Shown here piece by piece: positions 1 through 13,559 of a stretch of DNA of 64,000 nucleotides. Numbering within the stretch: the first letter of the stretch is position 1; every line of letters begins with the position of its first letter. Made by a program: the position numbers and the translations under genes. Origin of the DNA: Eledone cirrhosa (lineage: Eukaryota); assembly GCA_964016885.1 (NCBI GenBank), contig OZ024762.1, forward strand, positions 8,928,001-8,992,000, written 5' to 3'. The notes beneath the pieces were generated by a model, which was given only the letters and a program-made list of their open reading frames with translations, had not been told where the DNA came from and did no database searches.

Positions 1-765
1 TAGGTCCTGTCAGAAGCAACCTGGGCAGAGTCCTCAAACACTCCTTTTAGTAGGTCCTGTCAGAAGCAACCTGGGCAGAGTCCTCAAACACTCCTTTTAG
101 TAGGTCCTGTCAGAAGCAACCTAGGCAGAGTCCTCAAACACTCCTTTTAGTAGGTCCTGTCAGAAGCAACCTGGGCAGAGTCCTCAAACACTCCTAATAG
201 GTCCTGTCAGAAGCAACCTGGGCAGAGTCCTCAAACACTCCTTTTAGTAGGTCCTGTCAGAAGCAACCTGGGCAGAGTCCTCAAACACTCCTTTTAGTAG
301 GTCCTGTCAGAAGCAACCTGGGCAGAGTCCTCAAACACTCCTTTTAGTAGGTCCTGTCAGAAGCAACCTGGACAGAGTCCTCAAACACTCCTTTTAGTAG
401 GTCCTGTCAGAAGCAACCTGGGCAGAGTCCTCAAACACTCCTTTTAGTAGGTCCTGTCAGAAGCAACCTGGGCAGAGTCCTCAAACACTCCTTTTAGTAG
501 GTCCTGTCAGAAGCAACCTGGGCAGAGTCCTCAAACACTCCTTTTAGTAGGTCCTGTCAGAAGCAACCTGGGCAGAGTCCTCAAACACTCCTTTTAGTAG
601 GTCCTGTCAGAAGCAACCTGGGCAGAGTCCTCAAACACTCCTTTTTGTAGGTCCTGTCAGAAGCAACCTGGACAGAGTCCTCAAACACTCCTTTTAGTAG
701 GTCCTGTCAGAAGCAACCTGGGCAGAGTCCTCAAACACTCCTAGTAGGTCCTGTCAGAAGCAACC
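1..765. repeat. 50-bp minisatellite (~15 copies) derived from the 3' end of an RTE-like LINE
   Basis: Unit taggtcctgtcagaagcaacctgggcagagtcctcaaacactccttttag. It matches cagagtcctcaaatactccttccagcaggtcctatcagaagcaac at ~13593-13636 in the LINE fragment. Confidence 0.85.
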
Positions 766-1455
766 ATCTTCAATTAATCTGGCTGCATCCTATTCATAAT
801 TAAAAAAAAACAAAAAACTTAGTCTTTTCAAAGCCTGGAGGTTCATTAGAACAGCGGTATTTATCCCGGTTTCATCGTGTTAAGGGGCTGAGAGTACAAT
901 ACTCTCTCTCCTGGACAGGACAACAGTTAATCATAAGGTTTACCTCAAACTGTTACTACTGGTTCCTAACACTTCACACCACCACCACCACCACAGGACC
1001 AAAGCCTTTCCACCACCACCACCCACCACCACAACAACCAAAAGCTTCAGACCTCCACCACCACCACCACCACCACCACAGAACCACACTCTTCACACCA
1101 CCATCACCAACGCAGAACCACATCCTTCACACCACCTCAGAACCACACTCTTCACACCACCACCACCATCAAAACCTTCAGACCAGCACCACAACCAAAA
1201 CCTTCAGGCCTCCACCACCACCAAAGAAACAAACTCTTCATACCACCTTCACCACCACCACCACCACCACCACCATCACCACCACACTACACCACTACCA
1301 CCACCATTCTGCACATTCCAGTCCAGTAAGGTTCCCTTATCTCTGATGGACATCTGGGAGTCTTTCTTTCACCAATCCCTCTAAAAACCTGTCCATTTAC
1401 ATCCTGGTCAAGTCTTTTTGCCATTTCTTAAAACACTCTTTCCTTCTTAACTTTT

Positions 1456-2515
1456 AACATCCTGTCATGATTTAGCAGAAAATATGTAAAAACTTATTTG
1501 TTACTTCAAATGTTTATAGTATCTTTAATACTGAACAGATTGTTGTGAAAATTTGTAATATTAACTTTTAACCCTTTAGCATTTAAAATACTTTATATTT
1601 ACTATTGTATTTTCATGGTAAACACTTTATTTCACATAATTATCTCATAATATTGAATCTATAAGATCTTAATAGTATTTATTTTGTGAACAATACCTTA
1701 ACATCAGTATAAGTGGTCAGTTATGGCCGGTTTGAACAGAAAGACGTACGAGAATTCTGGCCGGTTTAAATGCTAAAGGGTTAATATCCTGTAATGATTT
1801 AGCAGAAAATATCTAAAAACAGGTTTGTTAATTCAAACGTTTATGGTATCTTTACTAGTGGACAGATTGTTGCAAACATTTGCAGTACTAACTCTTAACA
1901 TCCTGTAATGATTTAGCAGAAAATATCTAAAAACAGGTTTGTTAATTCAAACGTTTATGGTATCTTTACTAGTGGACAGATTGTTGCAAACATTTGCAGT
2001 ACTAACTCTTAACATCCTGTAATGATTTAGCAGAAAATATCTAGAAACTGGTTTGTTAATTCAAACGTTTATGGTATCTTTACTAGTGGACAGATTGTTG
2101 CAAACATTTGCAGTACTAACTCTTAACATCCTGTAATGATTTAGCAGAAAATATCTAAAAACAGGTTTGTTAATTCAAACGTTTATGGTATCTTTACTAG
2201 TGGACAGATTGTTGCAAACATTTGCAGTACTAACTCTTAACATCCTGTAATGATTTAGCGATTTAGCAGAAAATATCTAGAAACTGGTTTGTTAATTCAA
2301 ATGTTTATGGTATCTTTACAAGTGGATAGATTGTTGTGAAATTTTGTAAATTCAAATCTTTATAGTAGCTTTACTAGTGGACATATTGTTGTGAAATGTT
2401 GTAATATTGTCTCTTAACATCCTGTAGTGATTTAGCAGAAAATATCTAAAAACAGGTTTGTTAATTCAAATATTTATAGTATCTTTACTAATGGACAGAG
2501 AGTTGTGAACATTTA
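1456..2515. repeat. 114-bp tandem repeat; related units recur at ~38165-38745, 40060-41030 and 41650-41740
   Basis: catcctgtaatg recurs at 1899, 2013, 2127. The core tttatagtatctttactagtggacagattgttg is shared with the distal clusters. Confidence 0.85.
1572..1780. mobile_element. piggyBac-type MITE
   Basis: 16-bp TIRs CCCTTTAGCATTTAAA/TTTAAATGCTAAAGGG with TTAA on both sides (1568-1571, 1781-1784). It interrupts a 114-bp repeat unit. Confidence 0.85.
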
Positions 2516-2966
2516 CTTACTCATCGATGTGTCCCGAAACCTCATGTTTCAGCCGTAATCTGTAAACAAACATACGAAAAAATGAAACATGTAAAACAAA
2601 CTAACAAAAGCATCCACTTTCCTCAATAACCACTCTATGAGAATGCAATTTTGTGTGTGTGTGAATATATGTCTGTGATTCACTATTTAGCCTTAATAAA
2701 ATGAATATTAAAACTCAAATTCGGTATTGAGTACTCTTTTCTCTCAGCCGTCAACCACACACATACACATACATATTTCTTTATCAGCGTCATTGTTTTT
2801 ACGTCTGCTTTTTAATGCTAGCATGGGTTGGATGTGTCCTACTCAGCACAGCATCTCTCCATTTGTTGCGTTCCTTCGTCATCCCCTCTGCTCTCACAAC
2901 CTCTATCCAGGTCTTTCTTCACACACACATATATACATATATACACACACACACACATATATATAT

Positions 2967-3012
<46 letters not shown>

Positions 3013-3026
3013 GCACACATATATAT

Positions 3027-3059
<33 letters not shown>

Positions 3060-3180
3060 CCCACATATATATATATATATATACACACACACATATATAT
3101 ATACACACACACACACATATATATATACACACACACACACATATATATATATACACACACACACGCATATATATATACAC

Positions 3181-3220
<40 letters not shown>

Positions 3221-3238
3221 TATATATATATATACACT

Positions 3239-3288
<50 letters not shown>

Positions 3289-3495
3289 TATATATATACA
3301 TATACACACACATATATTTATATATATATACATATATATATAACAGCCACTTCACTGTATTATATGAGGTGGCGGAAATTGATAAATGTATATTCCACTC
3401 CTTTTAGTGTGTATGTGTATGTGTGTGTGTGTGTGAGTGTGAATATATGTATGGTGGATATGTGGGTTCGAATATTTGTGTGGATGTATGTGTGC

Positions 3496-3546
<51 letters not shown>

Positions 3547-3907
3547 TAGGTATATGTGTGTGTGTGCTTGTAGGTGCATAGATGAGTGTTTATATATGTA
3601 TATATGGGTCCGTATGTGTGAGTGTGTGTGTGTGAAGGTGTGATGATAAAAAGCACTCTGTCCACACTGTAAATGTGGTTGGTGTCAAGAAGGGCATCTA
3701 GATATAGAAACCGAGCCAAAACCAGTTCTGTATGAGCAAAACATGGTCGGCTGATATCGTTTGTCATCTCACAACAGGACAGCTTTTAAACGTAATGTTA
3801 TTACTCTAAGGACCTACTGTTATTGAGTGCTTTGCTACTCATTCCTTATTGTAGGTTGGCTTTGCTTGGCCACAGCCAAAGCTTCAATTTTACTAAGCTT
3901 CCACTTG

Positions 3908-3939
<32 letters not shown>

Positions 3940-4177
3940 TTAAGCAAAGTTTCAGAAGATCCCATTAAGGGGGAAAGCAGCGATTCTTTGCTTAAACTTT
4001 AATCTGTTATTTTAATAAATATTTGCTCTACGGGTCTTATATATCTGATATATATATTTATCCTTATCGAGCCCTCTTTGGATTTTAGTCTTCAAATTTA
4101 TTATTATTACTATATATATATATATATTTATCCTTATCGAGCCCTCTTTCGATTTTAGTCTTCAAATTTATTATTAT

Positions 4178-4229
<52 letters not shown>

Positions 4230-4297
4230 ATAATAATAAATTTGAAGACTAAAATCCAAAGAGGGCTCGATAAGGATAAATATATATATATATATAT

Positions 4298-4853
4298 AAA
4301 ATATTAAACAAATAATGAATAAACAATGAGACAGTTCCTTATATTAAACAAAAAAAGTTCATTATTTAACGATCGTTTCTAGGATATATATGTGTTAGAA
4401 TTGGCATGCATATTCAACAGATCTATGTACAAAATTATACAAAATTATACAAACTATCAAGATTAAATATACATACCAACACATATATACGCCGTCTTCA
4501 GAAATAATTATTTCTGAAGACGGCGTATATATGTGTTGGTATGTATATTTAATCTTGATAGTTTGTATAATTTTGTATAATTTTGTACATAGATCTGTTG
4601 AATATGCATGCCAATTCTAACACATATATATCCTAGAAACGCTCGTTAAATAATGAACTTTTTTTGTTTAATATAAGGAACTGTCTCATTGTTTATTCAT
4701 TATTTGTTTAATATTTTATCTTGACTCTGTATACCGTTTATCTTTCACCGAAAGTGATTTTTCATTACATCTCTTCTTTCCATGATATCCGGAATACATT
4801 GAGTTCTTCATACGGATTGGACACTACCGTAAACTCTTGGTAGATTTATCTAC
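4298..4853 (+). mobile_element. HHR element family A, fold-back copy (~210-bp arms, centre ~4507), Penelope-like pLTR
   Basis: Near-perfect palindrome 4298-4718 flanked by (TA)n. The sense tail continues to 4853 with attgagttct. An unfolded homolog is at 62503-62760. Confidence 0.75.
4507..4654 (+). ncRNA. Type I hammerhead-like fold, family A (115-nt stem II)
   Basis: attattt-CTGAAGA-[long rod]-GAAA-cg(c/a)tcg-TT-aaataat. The mirror copy on the minus strand has an intact cgatcg palindrome. Confidence 0.65.
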
Positions 4854-5149
4854 ATATATATATATATATATATATGAAAGACGTAAAATAAGAAAATTAT
4901 AAAAATTAACTTACTTACTAAAATTTCACTCCAACTAATTAGTTTCTGAAAGGGAATAAACATGGTTTCCGAATGGAAATATATTACTATATATATATAT
5001 ATAGTAATAATAATAAATATGCAACTAGCTGTTGTGTTACTACTTCTACAAACTCGTCCCATGGACTGAGTGCTCTACCACTACGGATATTACCTTCCAG
5101 TGTGCTACCTCTCTATGATGATGATGATGATGATGATGATGATATATAT

Positions 5150-5440
5150 ATAGTTGTTGTATGGCTGCAATTAAATGCGTCCATAGGCGGTATGTCGGTT
5201 GAGCACTCGATGCTCGCGCAGAGCAGAGTATATATTAGAGATAACGAGGAATCAGTAATGCATCAAAACACAATTTATTAACATATTACATATGTTTCTC
5301 CGATGATCAGCTCAATCGGATGGAATGCTTTGTAAAAACGCAAAACAGATCCAGCCTTGAGCTGATCGTCGGAGAAACATATGTTATATGTTAATAAATT
5401 ATGATTTGATGCATTATTGATTCCTCATTATCTCTAATAT
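5150..5440. mobile_element. HHR-related element family B, fold-back
   Basis: Inverted arms ~5231-5316 and 5357-5440. It has a GAAAC-atat-GT(A/T) HHR 3' half and shares acagatc..ccttgagctgatc with family F. The tail carries atcgagtgct on the minus strand. No intact CUGANGA was seen. Confidence 0.55.
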
Positions 5441-5611
5441 ATATATATATATACGTTATTCCGGGTGGAATCGGAGGTAACCACAGTAAGTAAGGTACTC
5501 AATACATAGCAGAGTATAAAAGTTTTAATATAGATGAGATTCTCATCTATATTAAAACTTATATACATATAGGAGGAAGTTATAGTTCACTTGAAGCATT
5601 GTGTAATGAGG

Positions 5612-5998
5612 TATAAACGTTTGTATATGTATAATAAAGCCAAAACAATGCAGGTATGGACATAGAATAAAGAATGCAAATGCAAAAGATATTGTTGACA
5701 ATTAGTCTTTTACCTTAGATTTATTTAAATGTCCTTAATTTTCGAGATAATATCTCTTCTTCGGAGGGAAGTAAAGCGGTTAAACCATTTCCTGTCAGCA
5801 TGACTTGGCAAGCTATTTAGAACACTGGTTTAACTTTACTTCCCTCCGAAGAAGAGATATTATCTCGAAAATTAAGGACATTTAAATAAATCTAAGGTAA
5901 AAGACTAATTGTCAACAATATCTTTTGCATTTGCATTCTTTATTCTATGTCCATACCTGCATTGTTTTGGCTTTATTATACATATACAAACGTTTATA
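5612..5998. mobile_element. HHR element family C, fold-back palindrome
   Basis: ~170-bp inverted arms. cct-CCGAAGA-agagatattatctc-GAAA-at-TA-agg at 5843-5877 is a minimal HHR-like fold. Confidence 0.6.
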
Positions 5999-6212
5999 TA
6001 TATACTGTATTTCCCAGCACCGAAGACGCTTCGTTCTCGAGGATGCACCCTAATTTTGACAACCAAAAATTTGAAAAAAAATAATAAACAACCTTCGGTC
6101 TCCAGGACACATGGTAGATTTCTGAGACTTATTTTAGGGAAAAAGTAGCAATGCCAGCAAATGCGGTATATGTAACTGCAAAGTTATGTTGGCATCACAA
6201 AAATATCTATCC

Positions 6213-6660
6213 CACACTGTAAAGTGGTCATGTAGGAGTCATGACAACAAGCTCCTGGCCCATGCTGTAAAGTGACTGTGTAGGTGACACAACAAAAAGC
6301 ACCCTGTCCACACTGTAAAGTGGTTGTGTAGGTGACACAACAAAAAGCACCCTGTCCACGCTGTAACGTGGTTGTGTAGGTGACACAACAAAAAGCACCC
6401 TGTCCACACTGTAAAGTGGTTGTGTAGGTGACACAACAAAAAGCTCCTGGCCCACGCTGTAAAGTGGTTGTGTAGGTGACACAACAAAAAGCTCCCTGTC
6501 CACACTGTAAAGTGATTGTATAGGTGACAAAACAAAAAGCTCCTGGCCCAGGCTGTAAAGTGGTCGTGTAGGAGTCACGATAAAAAGCACCCGGCCGACG
6601 CTGTAAATGTGATTGACATTAGAAAGGGCATCCAGCTGTAGAAACCTAACCAGAAACAGT
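6213..6660 (+). repeat. 48-bp minisatellite (~8 copies) amplified from a SINE internal segment, followed by the SINE tail
   Basis: Unit cactgtaaagtggttgtgtaggtgacacaacaaaaagcaccctgtcca resembles 14924-14980. It is followed by aagggcatccagctgtagaaa. Confidence 0.8.
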
Positions 6661-7336
6661 CCTATATGGGCATGTTTTTGGTCCTCACGTTGTAGAACAT
6701 GCTTGAACTTTCTATCCTCTGCTTCCTTTCTTTTGCAAGGTACATTTGTCTCCTAGCTATGTGTGTGTGAGTACATACTGTGTGTGTGTGAGTACGTACT
6801 CTGTGTGTGTTTGTGTGTGTGATACATACTCTGTGTGTGTTTATGTGTGTGTGAGTACATACTGTGTGTGTTATGTGTGTGCGTGTGTATGAGTACACAC
6901 TCTGTGTGTTTGTGTGTGTGAGTACATACTCTGTGTGTGTTTGAGTGTGTGTGCGTGTGTATGAGTACACACTCTGTGTTTATGTGTATGTGAGTACATA
7001 CTCTGTGTGTGTTTATGTGTGTGTAGTACATACTCTGTGTGTTTATGTGTGTGTATGAGTACATACTCTGTGTGTGTGTATGTGTATGTGTGTGTTGACC
7101 CACTAGTTAACCAATACAGTACAGTTTCTTGGGGTCAATCACCTTATCAACCTAGATTACATTAGTATTGGTGTTAGTACTAGTATTAATCGGTTAATAC
7201 CAGTGCCAGTATTTACCTGAGTACTTAACATGACATCTATAAAATAGGTTAATATATGCCTGGAGATTAATCAATCTTGTGTTTGTATAGTATTTTATTT
7301 CCATTTTTCTCATGTCATTAGAGTTACAGCTACTAT

Positions 7337-7376
<40 letters not shown>

Positions 7377-7377
<1 letters not shown>

Positions 7378-7574
7378 GGAAAAAGTATGACCCCGACGGC
7401 AGAGCTCAAGCCGTTTCGACGGCTATTTATGGACTAGACAGAAATAGCCATCGAAACGGCTTTAGCTCTGCCGCCGGGGTCATACTTTTTCCTATTTCCC
7501 ACTCTACTACACCTAAGTATTGAGTACTCTGGTGTGTTATGGTCCATCTGGTTCCTTACCACACTTCCTTTGTT
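7377..7574 (+). mobile_element. HHR element family D, fold-back copy
   Basis: gaccccgacggcagagctcaagccgtttcgacggctattt and its inverse. Tail taagtattgagtactctgg...ttccttaccacacttcctttgtt runs into (TA)n. Confidence 0.75.
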
Positions 7575-7600
7575 ATATATATATATATGTGTGTGTGTGT

Positions 7601-7760
7601 GAGAAGGCATATGGCTTAGTTGTTAGAGCATTGGGCTTGCAATTGAAAGGTTGTGAGTTCAATTCTCAGACCGGGTGATGTGTTTTGTCCTTGAGCAAGA
7701 CTCTTTATTTCACATTGCTCCAGTTTACTCAGCTGTAGAAATGAGATGATAGGGACCTCA
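7601..7760 (+). mobile_element. tRNA-derived SINE family 2 (truncated)
   Basis: A-box-like tggcttagttgtt and B-box-like gagttcaattctc, with core ccttgagcaagactctttatttcacattgctccagt. Confidence 0.8.
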
Positions 7761-7761
7761 G

Positions 7762-8078
7762 TAAGGATGAAAGGCAAAGTTAACCTCGGCGGGATTTGAA
7801 CTCAGAATGGCAAGGGCCGTAACTCTATGCGTTAAAGCATGGTGTCCGACCCTCTACCGATACTGCCAATCTACGGCCTTATTAAAAAGATAATTGTTTC
7901 TACTATTGGCACAAGGCCAGCAATTACCCAGTACATTACTGGTACTTTGTTTTATCGACCCCGTAAGGATGAAAGGCAAAGTTAACCTCGGCGGGATTTG
8001 AACTCAGATCATAAAGGGACGTAACTCTATGCTTCAAAGCATGGTGTCCGACTCTCTACTGATACTGCCAATCCACCT
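7762..8078 (-). mobile_element. Two adjacent SINE family 1 copies
   Basis: Reverse complement of the tggattggcagtatcggtagag...gagttcaaatcccgccgaggttaactttgcctttcatccttacggggtcgataaaa consensus. Confidence 0.85.
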
Positions 8079-8697
8079 AAAAAAGAGAAGGACAATTCTT
8101 TTTTGAAAATTTTTTTAAGAAGTATATAAAGTATATGAGGAAATTACCGGTTTCGATGTATTAAGATCCATCTTGACAAATTCAGTGAAAAAAGTAAATT
8201 AAAAAGAGTTGGAAGGAGTAAAAAAGGGTTTGAAATTAAAATCAAAATCGAATGTTTCAGTAAAATTTCTTCCATCATATATCCTGAAAAGTTGGCTGGG
8301 AATATATATATACACATACAGATGATGATTGATAATTTCATGCTTTTTTTTGTGTGTGTGCATAATTTCTCTTTTCTCTTTCCTTCTTTCTAACTATCAC
8401 TCTCTCTCTCTTGTCTAACTGTCTTTCTCTCTCTCTCATTATTATTTTTATCTGAGTTCAAATCCCGCCGAAGTTAACTTTGCCTTTCATCCTTACGGGG
8501 TCGATAAAATAAAGTACCAGTAATACACTGGGGGTAATTGCTGGCCTTGTGCCAAACGTATTATTATTTTTATCTTAGAATTTTCAGGTTTTTCAATAAA
8601 TATTTTCTTTTTACTTTTCTCTAATAATTTTTTTATTGTTTTTTTTTTTTTAACTATTTCTTTATTTATTTACTTATTCTTTAATTTTTCTTTTCAG

Positions 8698-9231
8698 AAC
8701 TCAATCCGTCACAACTTGTCCCTACATAACAGATTCATGCGAGTCCCCAACGAGGGTTCGGGCAAGAGTTCCTGGTGGGTGATCAACCCCGATGCAAAAC
8801 CAGGTAAGTCTCCACGGCGCCGTGCTGGCAGTATGGAGACGAAAGTCTACGAGAAGAAAAAGAACCGTGCTAAAAAGAAAGCTGATCAACTACGGGCTCT
8901 GGAACAAGGTAGTAACAGTCCAACAACAAGTAGCGATGGCGACTTGCTGACTGATTCTCCCGTGCCTGGGTTCCAGCTCAGTCCAGATTTTGATTTTCGG
9001 CCACGAGCCAGCTCTAATGCCAGCAGCTGTGGTCGTCTCTCACCGATACAAGCTGTGGTTGAGCCTGACCTCCACGACAATCAGGTGCCACCTATGTCTC
9101 CTATTCCTTGGAACGCAGAGATGGAAACCGAGGGTCCGTCTATCGACAGCTATGCCGACCAGCTGGTCGATTCGCTACCGGGTAGCATGAGCCTCACCGA
9201 CGAGGGCCTACACCACCACCACCACCACCAC

Positions 9232-9266
<35 letters not shown>

Positions 9267-10227
9267 CATTCTGTCGGCGGGCGGCACAGTGGTGAGGAGG
9301 TACGCCACGGCGGCCACCTCTGCCGCCGCCACTCAGGCCACTCCCTACGGCCAGTACGGCAGCTACAACGGCCCGGCCGTCGTCCCCCCGCCGCCGCCGC
9401 CCCCTCCCCCTCCCCCGCCGCCTCCCCCTCCGCCGCCGCCGCCCTACTCGGAGCACATCCGAGCCGCCGCCGCCGCCGCGGCTGCTGCGGCAGCCAGTTC
9501 GCAGTCGCAGCAGTCGAAACAACAAGTGCAATCGCAGCAGCAGCAGCAGCAGCAGCAGGCGAGCCCACAGAACCAGCTGACCCCGCTCGACGCACTCTCT
9601 CTGTCCGGCCACGACAACTACAACGCTGTCAGTCTGAGTACGTTACAGAATGGGCTGGACATCTACGGCCAGTCGGACTCCATCTTGAAGTCCATCGTCA
9701 ACACGGAAACGCCGAACCAGTTGAGCACGTCTCTCCAGGATGTGGCGCAACGAGCTGCAGCTGCCACTGTGCAACAGCAACAACAGCAGCAGCAGCAGCA
9801 ACAACATCAGCAACATCAGCAGCATCAGCAGCATCAGCAGCAACAACAACAACAACAACAGCAACAGCATCAGCATCAGCAGCAACAGCAACAACAGCAA
9901 ATTCAGCAAAGTCAATCTCGGCCCCAGACTGCATCACAAATGCATTTGCCAGATCAACCACAAGTGCAGCTTCACACAATAGCTATTTCTCACACTCAAG
10001 TACACCCGTGCAACATCACATCAAATACTGCAGGACTTGATAAGAAGCAACAGCTGGCGCTGAGTGCAGTGTCTGCATCTGTCGTTGCTTCTTCTGGTGT
10101 TGCAATTCACAGCGGTTATTCTCAGTCAATTTCTAAAGTGGCGCAGGTGCAACAACAACAACAACAGCAACAACAGCAACAACAACAGCAACAGCAACAA
10201 CAACAGCAGCAACAACAACAACAGAAG

Positions 10228-10259
<32 letters not shown>

Positions 10260-10944
10260 GTCTCAAAACAGCTTGTCAATCCATCACCAGCAAAGCTCAG
10301 CTCAATCAAAGGTCGGCACCTCGAATCTATTGCAACAGCAACTACACACGAACCCACCCAACTCGATCTTGCGTGCGGCGCTGATGCACAATGCACAGCC
10401 ACTGCGAGGCCATACCAACACCGCAGTGACCCAGCCTTACTCTGCGTACGCGAGAGATATATTCGGAAATGCCGTGTCGTCTCAAACTTCATCCTCCTCA
10501 TCATCATCTTCATCACACTCACAGTCATCGCTACCATACAGCGAAAACATAGCGTGTTTACTTGGCACAAACAACATAACTACCACATCAATATCAGATT
10601 GCCGATTGGCCAACAACACAGCTGGTGGCAACATGAGGGGAAGTAATGCACTGGCAAACTGCTTAAACGGAGGAATGCGAGCTCACATGCCCCAAATTGG
10701 AGGGAACCTGTCAGCCCTTCAGTCAAGAGTGCTGAACAGCAGTAACCTAGATTTTGACGGTGTCCACAGCGATGTCGTCAACTCGTCCGTCGTCTCCTGT
10801 CAACCGAGCACTTATCCCTGTGACATTGATTATGAAATGATGTGGAGTAGTACAAACTTAGAATGTGATGTGGCGGCTGTTATCCAACATGAACTCAGCT
10901 TAAATGAGAATTTGGACTTCAATTTTGACCCTCTTCCAGGATAG
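8698..10944 (+). CDS. FoxO: FoxO forkhead transcription factor, large terminal coding exon (5' exon outside window)
   Basis: Polypyrimidine tract and ttttcag acceptor end at 8697. The exon reads in frame [32 protein letters not shown] (FoxO forkhead C-terminal half, at the conserved GWK/NSIRHN intron position). It has Akt motifs RRRAGSM and [10 protein letters not shown], a basic NLS (KKKNRAKKK) and a C-terminal transactivation motif [24 protein letters not shown]. Stop TAG at 10942-10944. Confidence 0.97.
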
Positions 10945-11128
10945 AATCTTCTCTGGTGAATCCCTAAAATCCTCAATCCCCCTAACAAACCCACTACACC
11001 CAACCAAACATTATTTGACATCAACACATAAAGTACCGGTAATGTACTGGGCTATTGCTGGCCTTGTGCCAAAAGTAGAAACAATTATTTGACATCAACA
11101 CTGCCATAAACAGACACACACAAACACA

Positions 11129-11174
<46 letters not shown>

Positions 11175-11552
11175 CATACATACATGCATACGTATATATT
11201 ATATATATACACATACAAGTATATTGATACCTCAAGCATTTATATACATATTGGCATGAGCTTATGCATATATATATGCATATATATATATATATGCATA
11301 TATATATGCATATATATATATGCATATATATATATATGCATATGCATATATATATATATATATATATATGCATATATATATATATGCATATATATATATA
11401 TATATATGCATATATATATATATGCATATATATATATATGCATATATATATATATATGCATATATATATATATATATGCATATGCATATATATATATATA
11501 TGCATATATATATATATATATATATATATGCATATGCATATATATATATGCA

Positions 11553-11658
<106 letters not shown>

Positions 11659-11965
11659 TATATATATATGCATAAGCTCATGCCAATATGTATATAAATG
11701 TTTGTGTATATATATGTATATATGCACACACTCACAGAGATGTACAGGTGCATTAGGTATTTGTACGCATATTAGCATGCACTTATGTATATATAAATAT
11801 GTGTGTATGTATGTGTGTCTGGTATGTATGAGTGCGTGTATTAATGTTTACTTCTAGATGTATGTGTGTGTGTGTGTGGTTTCATTTTTCTTTGTATATA
11901 TATATGTGTGTTGCGTGTATATATATATATATATATATATGTGTATATATATATGCGTGTATATG

Positions 11966-12010
<45 letters not shown>

Positions 12011-12083
12011 TATGTATATATAAGTACATATATATATATATATACACATATACACATATGTATATATAAGTACATATATATAG

Positions 12084-12114
<31 letters not shown>

Positions 12115-12310
12115 AATACATATACATATATATAGACATATACATATACTTATATATACATATATATATATACGTTCTTATATATACATATATATATACG
12201 TTCTTATATATACATATATATATACGTTCATATATATACATATATATACATCCATATATACATATATATACATCCATATATATATATTTATATATATACA
12301 TGTATATACA

Positions 12311-12354
<44 letters not shown>

Positions 12355-12380
12355 CATATATATATATATATACATCCATA

Positions 12381-12582
12381 TAGGAAAAAGTATGACCCCG
12401 ACGGCAGAGCTCAAGCCGTTTCGACGGCTATTTCTGGACTGAGTCCAGAAATAGCCGTCGAAACGGCTTGAGCTCTACCATCGGGATCATACTTTTTCCT
12501 ATTTCCCCACTCTACTACCCTAAGTATTGAGTACTCTGGTGTGTTATGGTCCATCTGGTTCCTTACTACAATTCCTTTGTTA
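12381..12582 (+). mobile_element. HHR element family D, fold-back copy
   Basis: Same arms and tail as 7377-7574, embedded in (TA)n. Confidence 0.75.
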
Positions 12583-12686
12583 TACATCCATATATATATA
12601 TATTTATATATATATACATACATATATGTATATATACATATATGTATATATATATATATACATATATATATATGTGTGTGTCTGTG

Positions 12687-12761
<75 letters not shown>

Positions 12762-12766
12762 CTGTG

Positions 12767-12804
<38 letters not shown>

Positions 12805-12910
12805 AATATATGCACACATATATATGTAAATAAACATATACATATACACACACACATCCATACAGGCACAGAGATGACTGTATATAAATATATATATATA
12901 TATATATTTG

Positions 12911-12941
<31 letters not shown>

Positions 12942-13192
12942 ATATTCGTCAGTTTATAGAATGAAATTAGTTCTATTTTATTTTTGTAATTTTACTTATT
13001 GGAAATTTTTATCTAAATAGAATTAGTTTTCTGGTTTTTAAGGGAACTAAAGAACCACCATATCTACAATGTATATATATATGTGTGTGTATATGTATAT
13101 ATATATGATGTGTATATATATATGTATATGTACCTGTGTATATATATATATGTATATGTACCTATATATATATATATGTGTGTATGTATATG

Positions 13193-13237
<45 letters not shown>

Positions 13238-13258
13238 GTATATATATATATATACACG

Positions 13259-13326
<68 letters not shown>

Positions 13327-13559
13327 TGTATATCATCGTCATCATCTGATGAATTATATATATGTATCATGTTAGTTTTTAAGTGAAAATGTTCATGCTA
13401 GTATGGGTTAGACATGATATTTTGAGGCAATGTTCTACCAAACCTATTAGTCCCCTCTTATGATATACAGGGATATGGTGTACCTAATTTAAAAAACAGG
13501 GATATACATGGCAAGATATTGTACCTTCTCATAGCACTTTAGTCATTCTTCTACTTCTT

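Noticed and set aside
8886-11027. Antisense and alternative-frame ORFs overlapping FoxO
   Set aside because: They are by-products of CAG/CCG codon repeats in the FoxO exon.
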